Assembly: GCA_016718405.1 (NCBI GenBank)
Contig: JADKDJ010000035.1
Coordinates: 39,972-103,971 of the forward strand
DNA from: Candidatus Rhodoferax odensensis
Lineage (GTDB): Bacteria > Pseudomonadota > Gammaproteobacteria > Burkholderiales > Burkholderiaceae_C
Direction: 5' to 3'
DNA: 64,000 nt
Shown one piece after another: positions 17,227 through 25,852 of the stretch (its first letter is position 1; every line of letters starts with the position of its first letter). The notes under the pieces are model-generated. The model made no database searches. It was not told where the DNA came from and worked only from the letters and a program-made list of their open reading frames with translations. Made by a program: the position numbers and the translations under genes.

Positions 17227-20103
17227 TCAGTGTCTGCCACCGACCACCTCCCTCGCAATCGCCACCGCGCAATACTTCAACTCCGGTATCTTCCCAAACG
17301 GGTCCAGCGCCGCGTTGGTCAGCAGGTTGGCTGCTGCTTCCCGGTAGGCAAAGGGCATGAAGACGGTGCCTTTGGGGGTGCCGTCGTCGCGGCGCAGTTG
17401 CACGCTGATTTCGCCGCGGCGTGAGCTCAGGCGCACGGTGTCGCCGGGCTGCAGGCCCAGGCGGGCCAGCTCCGTTCCGTGGATGGAAGCCGTGGCCACG
17501 GGCTCGAGCGCGTCCAGCACCACCGAGCGGCGCGTCATGCTGCCGGTGTGCCAGTGTTCGAGCTGGCGCCCGGTGATCAGCACCAGCGGGTAGTCGGCGT
17601 CGGGCAGTTCGTTGGCCGTGATCAGCGTGGTGGGCACCAGGTGCGCGCGGCCGTCGCTGGTGTGGAAGTGATCGGTAAACACGGTGGGATGGCCGGGGTC
17701 GCTTGTGTTCAGACAGGGGTAGGTCACACTGCCTTCGCGCTGCAGGCGCTCCCAGGTGATGCCACCAATAGCCGCGTGCATGGCCTGGCGCATTTCCTCA
17801 AACACCTGGGCCACGCCCTGGTGTTCGCCCTCGTAGCCGCACGCGAGCGGGCGTATCCCGGCCTGCGTCGACTGAGCGGCGTCGGGATGGGCGCAGCCGA
17901 CGCGCTGCGCGATCTGCTGAATGATCCACAAGTCCGGCCGCGCGTCACCCGGCGGCTCGATCGCCTGGCGGCCAAGCTGCACCATGCGGTCGGTGTTGCT
18001 GACGCTGCCGGTCTTCTCGGGCCAGGCGCTCGCCGGGAGCACCACGTCGGCAGCCCAAGCGGTTTCGGTCATGAAAATGTCCTGTACGACCAGGTGCGAC
18101 AGCGACGACAAGGCCGCCCGTGCGTGGTTCAGGTTGGGGTCGCTCATGGCCGGGTTTTCGCCCATGATGACCATGCCGCGCACCTTGTGCCGGTCGCTCT
18201 CGGGGGCCAGCGCCTTGTGCATGATCTCGACCACGGTGTAGCCGGGTTTGGCGTCCAGCGGCGTGCCCCAGAACTGTTCGAACCACTGGTGTGCGGCCGC
18301 GTTGTCCACGCGCTGGTAGTTGGGGAACATCATGGGGATCAGGCCCGCGTCGCTGGCACCTTGCACGTTGTTCTGGCCACGCAAGGGGTGCAGACCGGAG
18401 CCGGGCTTGCCGATCTGCCCGCACACCATGCACAGGGCAATCAAGGCGCGTACGTTGTCGGTACCGTGCACGTGCTGGCTGATGCCCATGCCCCAGAAGA
18501 TCATGGCCGACTTGGCCTTGGCATAGGCGCGCGCCACTTCGCGAATGGTCTCGGCCGCGATGCCACACACCGGCGCCATGGCCTCGGGGCAGAAGGCTTG
18601 CACGCCAGCTTGGATGGCCTCGAAGTTGGAGACGCGCCGCTTGATGAAGTCCTGATCGGCCAGGCCTTCTTCCAGCACGGTGTAGATCATGGCGTTGACC
18701 AGCGCTACATCGGTGTCGGCGCGGAACTGCAGCTTGCGCCAGGCGTGGCGCGACAGGTCGGTGCCGCGCGGATCGGCCACCACCAGTTTCAGGCCACGCT
18801 TGACCGCGTTCTTGATCCAGGTGGCCGCCACGGGATGGTTGCCCGCCGTGTTGGAGCCAATCACCAGCGCCAGCTCGGCGTGCTCGACATCGGTGACCTG
18901 GTTGCTGACGGCGCCGCTGCCCAGCCCTTCGAGCAAGGCTGCCACGCTGGAGGCGTGGCACAGGCGGGTGCAGTGGTCCACGTTGTTGCTGCCAAAGCCG
19001 GTGCGCACCAGCTTCTGGAACAGATAGGCTTCCTCGTTGCTGCCTTTGGCGGAACCAAAGCCCGCCAGCGCTTTGGGGCCGTGTGCGTCGCGCAACTGCA
19101 CCAAACCGCGGGCCGCGAAGTCCAGCGCCTCGTCCCAGGTGGCCGGGCGGAACACGCTGGCCCAGTCCTCGGGTGAACGGGTCACGTTCACGTCCTTGGG
19201 CACATCGGCTCGCCGAATCAGCGGCTGGGTCAGCCGGTGCGCATGGTGCACGTAGTCAAAGCCAAAGCGCCCTTTGACGCACAAGCGGCCCTGGTTGGCC
19301 GGGCCATCACGGCCCAGCACACCGACGATTCTGTCGTCCTTGACCTGGTAAGTCAGCAGGCAGCCGACACCGCAGAAGGGGCAGACCGAGTCGACGGCAC
19401 GTAAAGACATGGATTGCCGCGCTTCGCTCGCAATGACGGCGGTGGCAGGAACCTTGGCGCTCAGTGCGCCCGTGGGGCAGGCCTGCACACATTCACCGCA
19501 GGCCACGCAACTGCTGGTGCCCATGGCGTCGTCCAGGTCAAACACAATCTGGCTGTGCGCGCCACGCCGGGCGTAGCCAATCACATCGTTGACCTGCAGC
19601 TCGCGGCAGGCACGCACGCAACGGGTGCACTGGATACAGGCGTCCAGGTTGACGGCCATCGCCGGGTGCGACAGGTCGGCCTTGGGTTGGGCCCGCGTCA
19701 TTGCGCGCAGGGCAGGACGAACGCGCACCTGCGAACGGGCGAGCCAGTCGCTGAGCTCGCCATACGGACGCTCTGTGGTGGATTCCGAATCAGGTTCGGG
19801 ATGACAAGCGTCTGGCAAGTCCGACAGCAGCAGCTCCAGCACCATGTTCTGGCTCTTGAGTGCACGCTCGCTGTGGGTCTGCACCTCCATGCCGGGTGTG
19901 ACAGCGCGGCAGCAACTGGGGGCCAGGGTGCGTTCGCCCGCCACCTCCACCACACAGGCGCGGCAGTTGCCCTCAGCGCTCAGGCCATCCCTGTAGCAAA
20001 GGTGAGGGATTGCCACGCCATGGCGCTGCGCCGCCTTGAGGATGCTCTCACCCGGTTCGGCCTGAACGTCGGTGCCGTTCAGCTTGAAATCGACGGCGCC
20101 CAT
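17227..20103 (-). CDS. fdsA: NAD-dependent formate dehydrogenase alpha subunit (Mo/W-bis-PGD; N-terminal 2Fe-2S and 4Fe-4S domains)
   Basis: ORF 17227..20178. The start is set at ATG 20103 (MGAVDFKLNGTDVQAEPGESIL). It has NuoG-like Cys clusters and a molybdopterin oxidoreductase core. The start abuts the stop of the upstream gene. Confidence 0.9.
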   Translation of the reverse strand: MGAVDFKLNGTDVQAEPGESILKAAQRHGVAIPHLCYRDGLSAEGNCRACVVEVAGERTLAPSCCRAVTPGMEVQTHSERALKSQNMVLELLLSDLPDACHPEPDSESTTERPYGELSDWLARSQVRVRPALRAMTRAQPKADLSHPAMAVNLDACIQCTRCVRACRELQVNDVIGYARRGAHSQIVFDLDDAMGTSSCVACGECVQACPTGALSAKVPATAVIASEARQSMSLRAVDSVCPFCGVGCLLTYQVKDDRIVGVLGRDGPANQGRLCVKGRFGFDYVHHAHRLTQPLIRRADVPKDVNVTRSPEDWASVFRPATWDEALDFAARGLVQLRDAHGPKALAGFGSAKGSNEEAYLFQKLVRTGFGSNNVDHCTRLCHASSVAALLEGLGSGAVSNQVTDVEHAELALVIGSNTAGNHPVAATWIKNAVKRGLKLVVADPRGTDLSRHAWRKLQFRADTDVALVNAMIYTVLEEGLADQDFIKRRVSNFEAIQAGVQAFCPEAMAPVCGIAAETIREVARAYAKAKSAMIFWGMGISQHVHGTDNVRALIALCMVCGQIGKPGSGLHPLRGQNNVQGASDAGLIPMMFPNYQRVDNAAAHQWFEQFWGTPLDAKPGYTVVEIMHKALAPESDRHKVRGMVIMGENPAMSDPNLNHARAALSSLSHLVVQDIFMTETAWAADVVLPASAWPEKTGSVSNTDRMVQLGRQAIEPPGDARPDLWIIQQIAQRVGCAHPDAAQSTQAGIRPLACGYEGEHQGVAQVFEEMRQAMHAAIGGITWERLQREGSVTYPCLNTSDPGHPTVFTDHFHTSDGRAHLVPTTLITANELPDADYPLVLITGRQLEHWHTGSMTRRSVVLDALEPVATASIHGTELARLGLQPGDTVRLSSRRGEISVQLRRDDGTPKGTVFMPFAYREAAANLLTNAALDPFGKIPELKYCAVAIAREVVGGRH

Positions 20104-20104
20104 G

Positions 20105-21832
20105 TCAGCCCCCGATCTCATGAGCAAAGTACTGCTGCACGCAGCGCAGGGGATTCGGCGCGGCCTGGCCCAGACCACAGATCGACGCGTCCACCATCAC
20201 CGCACTCAGGTCGTTAAGGGTCGGTAGGTCCCACACCGGGGCTTCCATCAGCGCAGCCGCCTTGACCGTACCAACGCGACACGGCGTGCACTGGCCGCAG
20301 CTCTCGTCGGCAAAGAAGCGCGTGGCGTTCAACGCGGCATCCCGCGCGCGGTCGTGTTGGCTGAGCACCACCACCGCCGCCGAACCGATAAAGCAGCCGT
20401 GCGGCTGCAAGGTGTCAAAGTCCAGCGGAACATTGGCCAGGCTCGCGGGCAGAATGCCACCCGAGGCGCCACCGGGCAGGTAGGCATAAAGACTGTGGCC
20501 ATCCGCCATGCCGCCGCAGTATTCGTCGATCAGCTCTCGCAGCGTGATTCCGGCCGGCGCCAGCTTGACACCGGGCTGGCGGACACGCCCGCTGACGCTG
20601 AAACTGCGCAGCCCCGTGCGGCCATGACGGCCAAATCCGGTGAACCAAGTTGGGCCTTTTTCCAGGATGTCGCGCACCCAATGCAGGGTCTCCAGGTTGT
20701 GTTCCAGCGTCGGGCGGCCAAACAGGCCGGCCTGCGCGATGTAGGGCGGGCGCAGGCGTGGCTGGCCGCGTTTGCCTTCGATGCTCTCGATCATGGCCGA
20801 CTCTTCACCACACACATAGGCGCCCGCGCCACGGCGCAGCTCGATCTGCGGCAGGGGGCAAGGCGGGTCGGCCTGCAGGGCAGCGAGCTCGCGCTGCAGC
20901 ATGCGCCGCAGTGCATGGTATTCATCGCGCAGGTAGATGTAGCAGCGCTCGGTGCCCGCCAATTGCGCGGCGATCAGCATGCCTTCCAGAAAACGGTGCG
21001 GATCGCGCTCCAGGTAGTAGCGGTCCTTGAAAGTGCCGGGCTCGCCCTCGTCGATGTTGACGGCCATGTAACGCGGGCCGGGCTGCTCGCGCACAATGCG
21101 CCACTTGCGCGCCGCCGGGAAACCGGCACCGCCCAGGCCGCGCAGGCCCGAGTCTTCCAGCGCGCGAAAGATGTCCTCGGGGTCCTCCTCGCTGTTGACA
21201 ATGGCCGCCGCCGTGCCATAACCACCGGCCTCGCGGTAGGCGCGATATGCTACAAAATCAGGAGCTAACTCATCAATATCCGCTTTGCCTGTAGCACTAT
21301 TTAACGCTTCAAGCACGCTGGTTTCGGTAGTCTGGACCAAGGCTCGATGCCCCAGCAGTGCGGCGGGCGCCTGCTCGCAGCGGCCGATGCACGGCGCGTC
21401 GACCACGCGCACATTGGGGCCCAGCACCGCCAGCAGGCGCGCTTTCAGGGCTTGCGCGCCAGCCATGGCACAGCTTTGGCTCTGGCAAACACGCAGGGTG
21501 ACGGTGGGTGGCGTTTGGTCATCCTTCAGCACCTCAAAGTGGTGGTAGAAGCTGGCCACCTCAAACACCTCCGCCATAGGTAAGCCGGTCATGCTGGCCA
21601 GTGCCACCAAGTGGCGCTCAAACAGACCACCAAAATGGTCGTTGAGAAGATGAAGCTGCTCAATCAGCAGGTCGCGCCGATAGCCCTCGGGCGGCCTGAC
21701 ACCCACCAGGGTGGACACCTCCAGCAGCGCATCGCCCTCAGGCTGCCTGCCTTTGAGGTGCGCCACGGCGCGCTGCGCGGGCGTCTCGGGGCGGATTGGC
21801 ACGATGGGGATGGACTTCAGTGTTGGATTCAT
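20105..21832 (-). CDS. fdsB: formate dehydrogenase diaphorase subunit, fused NuoE-like (gamma) + NuoF-like (beta)
   Basis: ORF 20105..21997. The start is set at ATG 21832 (MNPTLKS). The N-terminal 2Fe-2S thioredoxin-like part (CQSQSCAMAG...CIGRCEQAP) is followed by an NADH/FMN part (GAGFPAARKW, GEPGTFKDR) and the 4Fe-4S motif ESCGQCTPCR. Confidence 0.9.
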   Translation of the reverse strand: MNPTLKSIPIVPIRPETPAQRAVAHLKGRQPEGDALLEVSTLVGVRPPEGYRRDLLIEQLHLLNDHFGGLFERHLVALASMTGLPMAEVFEVASFYHHFEVLKDDQTPPTVTLRVCQSQSCAMAGAQALKARLLAVLGPNVRVVDAPCIGRCEQAPAALLGHRALVQTTETSVLEALNSATGKADIDELAPDFVAYRAYREAGGYGTAAAIVNSEEDPEDIFRALEDSGLRGLGGAGFPAARKWRIVREQPGPRYMAVNIDEGEPGTFKDRYYLERDPHRFLEGMLIAAQLAGTERCYIYLRDEYHALRRMLQRELAALQADPPCPLPQIELRRGAGAYVCGEESAMIESIEGKRGQPRLRPPYIAQAGLFGRPTLEHNLETLHWVRDILEKGPTWFTGFGRHGRTGLRSFSVSGRVRQPGVKLAPAGITLRELIDEYCGGMADGHSLYAYLPGGASGGILPASLANVPLDFDTLQPHGCFIGSAAVVVLSQHDRARDAALNATRFFADESCGQCTPCRVGTVKAAALMEAPVWDLPTLNDLSAVMVDASICGLGQAAPNPLRCVQQYFAHEIGG

Positions 21833-22119
21833 GGCATGCACGGCGCGTTGGGTGAACCACTCAAGCTTACTACCGCGCGATGCGGTTTTCCGCACTCGGG
21901 GGTCACTTCGCAGCGAACAACCGCGTCGCTGCACGGCAGGACCGCGTGAGCAGCGCCGCCCCCACGCGGGCAAGTGCAAGAGTGGCACTCTCCACACCGT
22001 TCACAATGCCAACAACTACCTGCATTTGCACGCCAGGCCATGTGACGTCAGGTCCCACGCAACGGACTTTGGCGCGCGGATGGCGCACCGGTGAACCACT
22101 TACTTCAGGAGACAGCCCC

Positions 22120-22710
22120 ATGAGCAAGCAAGTTGAGTTCTACTTCGATGTCGGCAGCCCCTACACATATCTGGCCTACCACCAGTTGCCGAAGATCGCC
22201 GCCAAGCGAGCCGCCACCATCGTCTGGCGCCCGATGCTGCTCGGCGGCGTGTTCCAGGCCACGGGCAACCACAGTCCCATGGAGATACCAGCCAAGGGAC
22301 GCTACTCGCTGATCGATCTGCAGCGCTGGGCCCAGCACTTCGGGGTGCCGATGACGATGAACCCACACTTTCCGATCAACACCCTGACGCTGATGCGGGG
22401 CGCGGTGGCCATGCAAGGGCGCAGCGAGGCGGAGTTTCAGCGCTACCTGGCCGCGATCTTTGCGGCGATGTTCGAGCGACCCCGCAACCTGGGTCAAGCC
22501 GAGGAAGTGACCGCGGTGTTGCACGAAAACGGCTTCGATCCCGTGCAGTTCCAGCGCCTGGTCAGCGACCCGGCCGTGAAGGAGCAGTTGAAGCGCAACA
22601 CCGAGGAAGCCGTGGCACGCGGTGTGTTTGGCGCCCCCACCTTCTTCGTGGGTGAGCAGATGTTCTGGGGCCAGGACCGGCTGGCTTTTGTTGAGCAGGC
22701 GTTAACCTAA
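22120..22710 (+). CDS. 2-hydroxychromene-2-carboxylate isomerase family (DsbA-like) protein
   Basis: ATG 22120 lies in frame within ORF 21880..22710. The sequences MSKQVEFYFDVGSPYTYLAY and GVFGAPTFFVGEQMFWGQDRL are typical of this family. Confidence 0.85.
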   Translation: MSKQVEFYFDVGSPYTYLAYHQLPKIAAKRAATIVWRPMLLGGVFQATGNHSPMEIPAKGRYSLIDLQRWAQHFGVPMTMNPHFPINTLTLMRGAVAMQGRSEAEFQRYLAAIFAAMFERPRNLGQAEEVTAVLHENGFDPVQFQRLVSDPAVKEQLKRNTEEAVARGVFGAPTFFVGEQMFWGQDRLAFVEQALT

Positions 22711-22814
22711 ATGGCACTTCCATAACGTGTTTACCCAAGAGATTCCAGTTTGGTGGCAGATCGATAGGGCTGGATCGGAAGCAACAGAGAGCAGGCGCCA
22801 ATTGGTGGGCGCGG

Positions 22815-22906
22815 GGAGCAGGCTGCCTGGGTGTTCTGCTCCGTGTCCCCCGCCCGCCACGCGGGCTCCTCCTTGACCTGCGCAGAACACCCAGGCAGCC
22901 TGCTCC
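22815..22906. repeat. palindromic element A: perfect 25-bp inverted repeat around a 42-nt core
   Basis: GGAGCAGGCTGCCTGGGTGTTCTGC (22815..22839) is the exact reverse complement of 22882..22906. The core has its own GCCCGC/GCGGGC hairpin. Confidence 0.9.
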
Positions 22907-22937
22907 GGAAATTGCGTGGTTTGGCTCTAAACAGTTG

Positions 22938-22975
22938 GGGTCAGAGCACATTTGCTGCGCAAAGTGGTCTGACCC
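22938..22975. repeat. 12-bp imperfect inverted repeat hairpin
   Basis: GGGTCAGAGCAC (22938..22949) pairs with GTGGTCTGACCC (22964..22975), 11 of 12 complementary. Confidence 0.7.
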
Positions 22976-23005
22976 GCAAGGTTTCACCAAAGCAGCCCTT
23001 CGCAA

Positions 23006-23095
23006 CAGCAGGGTGGGGGCACACGCCATAGTGAGGTCAAGGAGGAGCCCGCAGGGCGGGGGACACGAACGGCGGCGTGTGCTCCCACCCTGCTG
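23006..23095. repeat. palindromic element B: 19-bp inverted repeat (1 mismatch) enclosing the element-A core in opposite orientation
   Basis: CAGCAGGGTGGGGGCACAC (23006..23024) pairs with GTGTGCTCCCACCCTGCTG (23077..23095). The inner GGTCAAGGAGGAGCCCGCAGGGCGGGGGACACG (23035..23067) is close to the reverse complement of 22842..22878. Confidence 0.85.
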
Positions 23096-23190
23096 CGGGT
23101 CCAGCACAATGGCTCCGCACAAAGGCCTCTACAAGCTCAAAGGAAACAAAGTTATCCTTAAGCAAGTGTCAATTGCGTCAACCTGAGACA

Positions 23191-23270
23191 TTGCGGGACA
23201 GACCAAAGTGACATGCGTTCTCGGCTCCCGCCGATTCCGGGGCAGTGCACTTTGCTCTGTCCTCAACTGA
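23191..23270. repeat. REP-like element copy 1 (TTGCGGGACAGACC ... GCTCTGTCCTCAACTGA), long-loop variant
   Basis: It shares its termini with the two copies at 50241..50335. It lies just downstream of the apbC stop. Confidence 0.75.
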
Positions 23271-23292
23271 TCATCTCAACGCCAGCGCGCGA

Positions 23293-24384
23293 TCAGGTGT
23301 CCTTGGAAATCTTGATCGACGGAAACTTGGACGAGAAGTCCTTGTTCTTGGCCGCGATCGACACCGCCACCTGGCGCGCCACCGCCTTGTAGATGCCGGC
23401 AATCTCGCCGTCGGGATCGGCCACCACGGTGGGCTTGCCGCTATCGGCCTGCAGGCGGATCTCAATGTTCAGCGGCAACGCGCCGAGGTAGTCCATGCCG
23501 TACTCCGCGGCCATCTTCTTGCCGCCGTCGGCGCCAAAAATGTGCTCAACGTGGCCGCAGTTGCTGCACACGTGCACCGCCATGTTTTCCACCACGCCCA
23601 AAATCGGCACGCCCACCTTTTCGAACATCTTGATGCCCTTGCGTGCGTCCAGCAGGGCAATGTCTTGCGGCGTCGTCACGATCACGGCACCCGTCATCGG
23701 CACGCGTTGGGACAGCGTCAACTGAATGTCACCCGTGCCTGGTGGCATGTCCACAATCAGATAGTCCAGTTCCCGCCAATTGGTCTGGCGCAGCAACTGC
23801 TCCAGCGCCTGGGTGGCCATCGGGCCGCGCCAGATCATCGCTTCGTCCTGCGCCACCAGGAAACCGATGGACATCAGTTGCACGCCGTAGTTTTCCAGCG
23901 CTTCCATGGTTTTGCCGTCTTCGCTCTCGGGTTTGCCATCCACCCCCATCATCATCGGGATGCTGGGGCCGTAGATGTCGGCATCCAGCAAGCCAACACT
24001 GGCGCCCTCGGCCGCCAGCGCCAGGGCCAGATTAACGGCGGTGGTGCTCTTGCCGACGCCGCCCTTGCCAGACGCCACCGCCACGATGTTCTTCACGCCC
24101 GGCAGCAATTGCACGCCACGCTGCACGGCGTGCGGCACGATCTTCACGTTCAGGTTGACGGAGACGTTTTCCACCCCCGCCACGCCCTTGGTTGCGGTCA
24201 CCAGCGCCTTGCGAAAGCCCGCAATCTGGCTCTTGGCCGGGTAGCCCAGTTCCACATCAAAGGCCACATCGGCGTCAGTAATCGAGAGATTCTTGACGGA
24301 CTTGGAGGACACGAAATCGCGCCCGGTGTTGGGATCGACGACGCTCTTGAGCGCGTCCAGAACTGCTTGTTCGGTGATGGCCAT
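23293..24384 (-). CDS. apbC: iron-sulfur cluster carrier protein ApbC/Mrp
   Basis: ORF 23293..24456. The start is set at ATG 24384, after AAGGAG. It has an N-terminal MIP18/DUF59-like part, the Walker A motif GKGGVGKSTTAVNLA, and a CxxC (CSNCGH). Confidence 0.92.
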   Translation of the reverse strand: MAITEQAVLDALKSVVDPNTGRDFVSSKSVKNLSITDADVAFDVELGYPAKSQIAGFRKALVTATKGVAGVENVSVNLNVKIVPHAVQRGVQLLPGVKNIVAVASGKGGVGKSTTAVNLALALAAEGASVGLLDADIYGPSIPMMMGVDGKPESEDGKTMEALENYGVQLMSIGFLVAQDEAMIWRGPMATQALEQLLRQTNWRELDYLIVDMPPGTGDIQLTLSQRVPMTGAVIVTTPQDIALLDARKGIKMFEKVGVPILGVVENMAVHVCSNCGHVEHIFGADGGKKMAAEYGMDYLGALPLNIEIRLQADSGKPTVVADPDGEIAGIYKAVARQVAVSIAAKNKDFSSKFPSIKISKDT

Positions 24385-24558
24385 TGGTTGCTCCTTAGCC
24401 CAGTAGTCTAGCGAACGGCGTTTTGCCCACAGATTCATTGGGTGTATCCCAGGCACCGCGCCACAGGTGTTGCACCGCGCCCATACCCAGACCGGTTTGG
24501 CGCCGGTTCAGCGCAGTTTTTCGTCGTGCCAGCCCGGTTCCGGGCCGATAATCATTCC

Positions 24559-25848
24559 ATGTCTGAACCCAGTCCCAAAACGAACAAGGCCGGACTGCTG
24601 CTCACTGGTGGCGGCGCCCGCGCCGCTTACCAAGTGGGGGTGCTCGAAGCGATTGCCAACATCCGCAAGGAGTGCGGCGCCATCGACGAGCCCAACCCCT
24701 TCCCCATCATCACCGGCACCTCGGCGGGCGCCATCAACGCCGCCGCCGTGGCGTGTGGGGCTGACAACTTCGACGCCACGGTGCGTACGGTGGTGGGGGT
24801 GTGGCGCAATTTCCACGCGCACCAGGTGTATCGGGCCGATTCCATCGGCATGCTGCGCTCGGGCGCCAGTTGGATGACGCTGCTCTCAATTGGCTGGCTG
24901 CTGGCCAAATGGCGGCGCATCAAGCCGCGCTCGCTGCTGGACAACGCACCTCTGCTGGACTTGCTGCAGGATTTGGTGCCGCTGGCGCGCATCCCTGACT
25001 TGATTGAGTGTGGCCACATTCACGCGCTGGCCATTACTGCTTCGAGCTACAGCTCGGGCGACCACGTCACTTTTTTCGACGGCGCGCCAAGCGTCATGCC
25101 CTGGGTGCGCACGCAGCGCTTGGCCATACGCGACCGCATCACGCACCAGCATCTGCTGGCGTCCTCGGCAATTCCGTTCGTGTTCCCGGCCAAAGCCTTG
25201 CCCATCGATGGCCACGACCAGTATTTTGGTGACGGCTCGATGCGCCAGTCCGCCCCGGTTGCGGCCGCAATTCACCTGGGCGCGGAGCGCATTTTGGTGG
25301 TGGGCGCCGGGCGCATGCACGAACCCAAGAATGAAGCGCACCTGAACACCACCAACACGTACCCGTCACTGGCGCAGATCGCCGGCCATGCCCTGTCCAA
25401 CATCTTTTTGGACGCGCTGGCGGTCGATATTGAGCGCGTCAAGCGCATCAACCAGACTATTTCGCTGGTGCCGGCCGAGATGCGCGCGGCCAGCGCCCTC
25501 AAGCCGGTGGAACTGCTGGTGATCTCACCCACCCAGCGCTTGGACGGCATTGCCGCCAAACACGTGGGCGACCTGCCTGGCCCAGTGCGCACCATGCTCG
25601 GCGGCGTGGGGGTATCCTCCAAGAAGGCCGACGTCAAAGGCGCCGCGCTGGCCAGCTACCTGTTGTTCGAGGAAGGCTACACGCGCGAATTGATGGCGCT
25701 GGGCTACGGCGACGCGATGAACAAGAAGGGCGAGATCTGCGCCTTTTTTGGTTGGACCGACCCAGGCGTGGCGGCATCGGGGCCGGACGATCCGGCCTAC
25801 TGCAAGTTGTTCGTGGATCGCCGCCGCGACCCACTGCGGCTGAGGTAA
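24559..25848 (+). CDS. patatin-like phospholipase family protein
   Basis: ORF 24442..25848. The start is set at ATG 24559. It has the oxyanion GGGARAAYQVG, the nucleophile elbow GTSAGAINAA, and the catalytic DGS. Confidence 0.88.
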   Translation: MSEPSPKTNKAGLLLTGGGARAAYQVGVLEAIANIRKECGAIDEPNPFPIITGTSAGAINAAAVACGADNFDATVRTVVGVWRNFHAHQVYRADSIGMLRSGASWMTLLSIGWLLAKWRRIKPRSLLDNAPLLDLLQDLVPLARIPDLIECGHIHALAITASSYSSGDHVTFFDGAPSVMPWVRTQRLAIRDRITHQHLLASSAIPFVFPAKALPIDGHDQYFGDGSMRQSAPVAAAIHLGAERILVVGAGRMHEPKNEAHLNTTNTYPSLAQIAGHALSNIFLDALAVDIERVKRINQTISLVPAEMRAASALKPVELLVISPTQRLDGIAAKHVGDLPGPVRTMLGGVGVSSKKADVKGAALASYLLFEEGYTRELMALGYGDAMNKKGEICAFFGWTDPGVAASGPDDPAYCKLFVDRRRDPLRLR

Positions 25849-25852
25849 GCAC

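Noticed and set aside
16970-17272. 100-aa minus-strand ORF downstream of the FDH alpha gene, considered as FdsD or a small two-TM protein.
   Set aside because: It has no similarity to the FdsD pattern. The only ATG overlaps the alpha gene by 45 nt and gives a non-coding-like N-terminus. There is no good internal start or ribosome-binding site.
23245-24411. 388-aa + strand ORF opposite apbC, and the similar 50328..51494 minus-strand ORF opposite nadB.
   Set aside because: These are shadow ORFs. The opposite-strand genes carry unambiguous family motifs.
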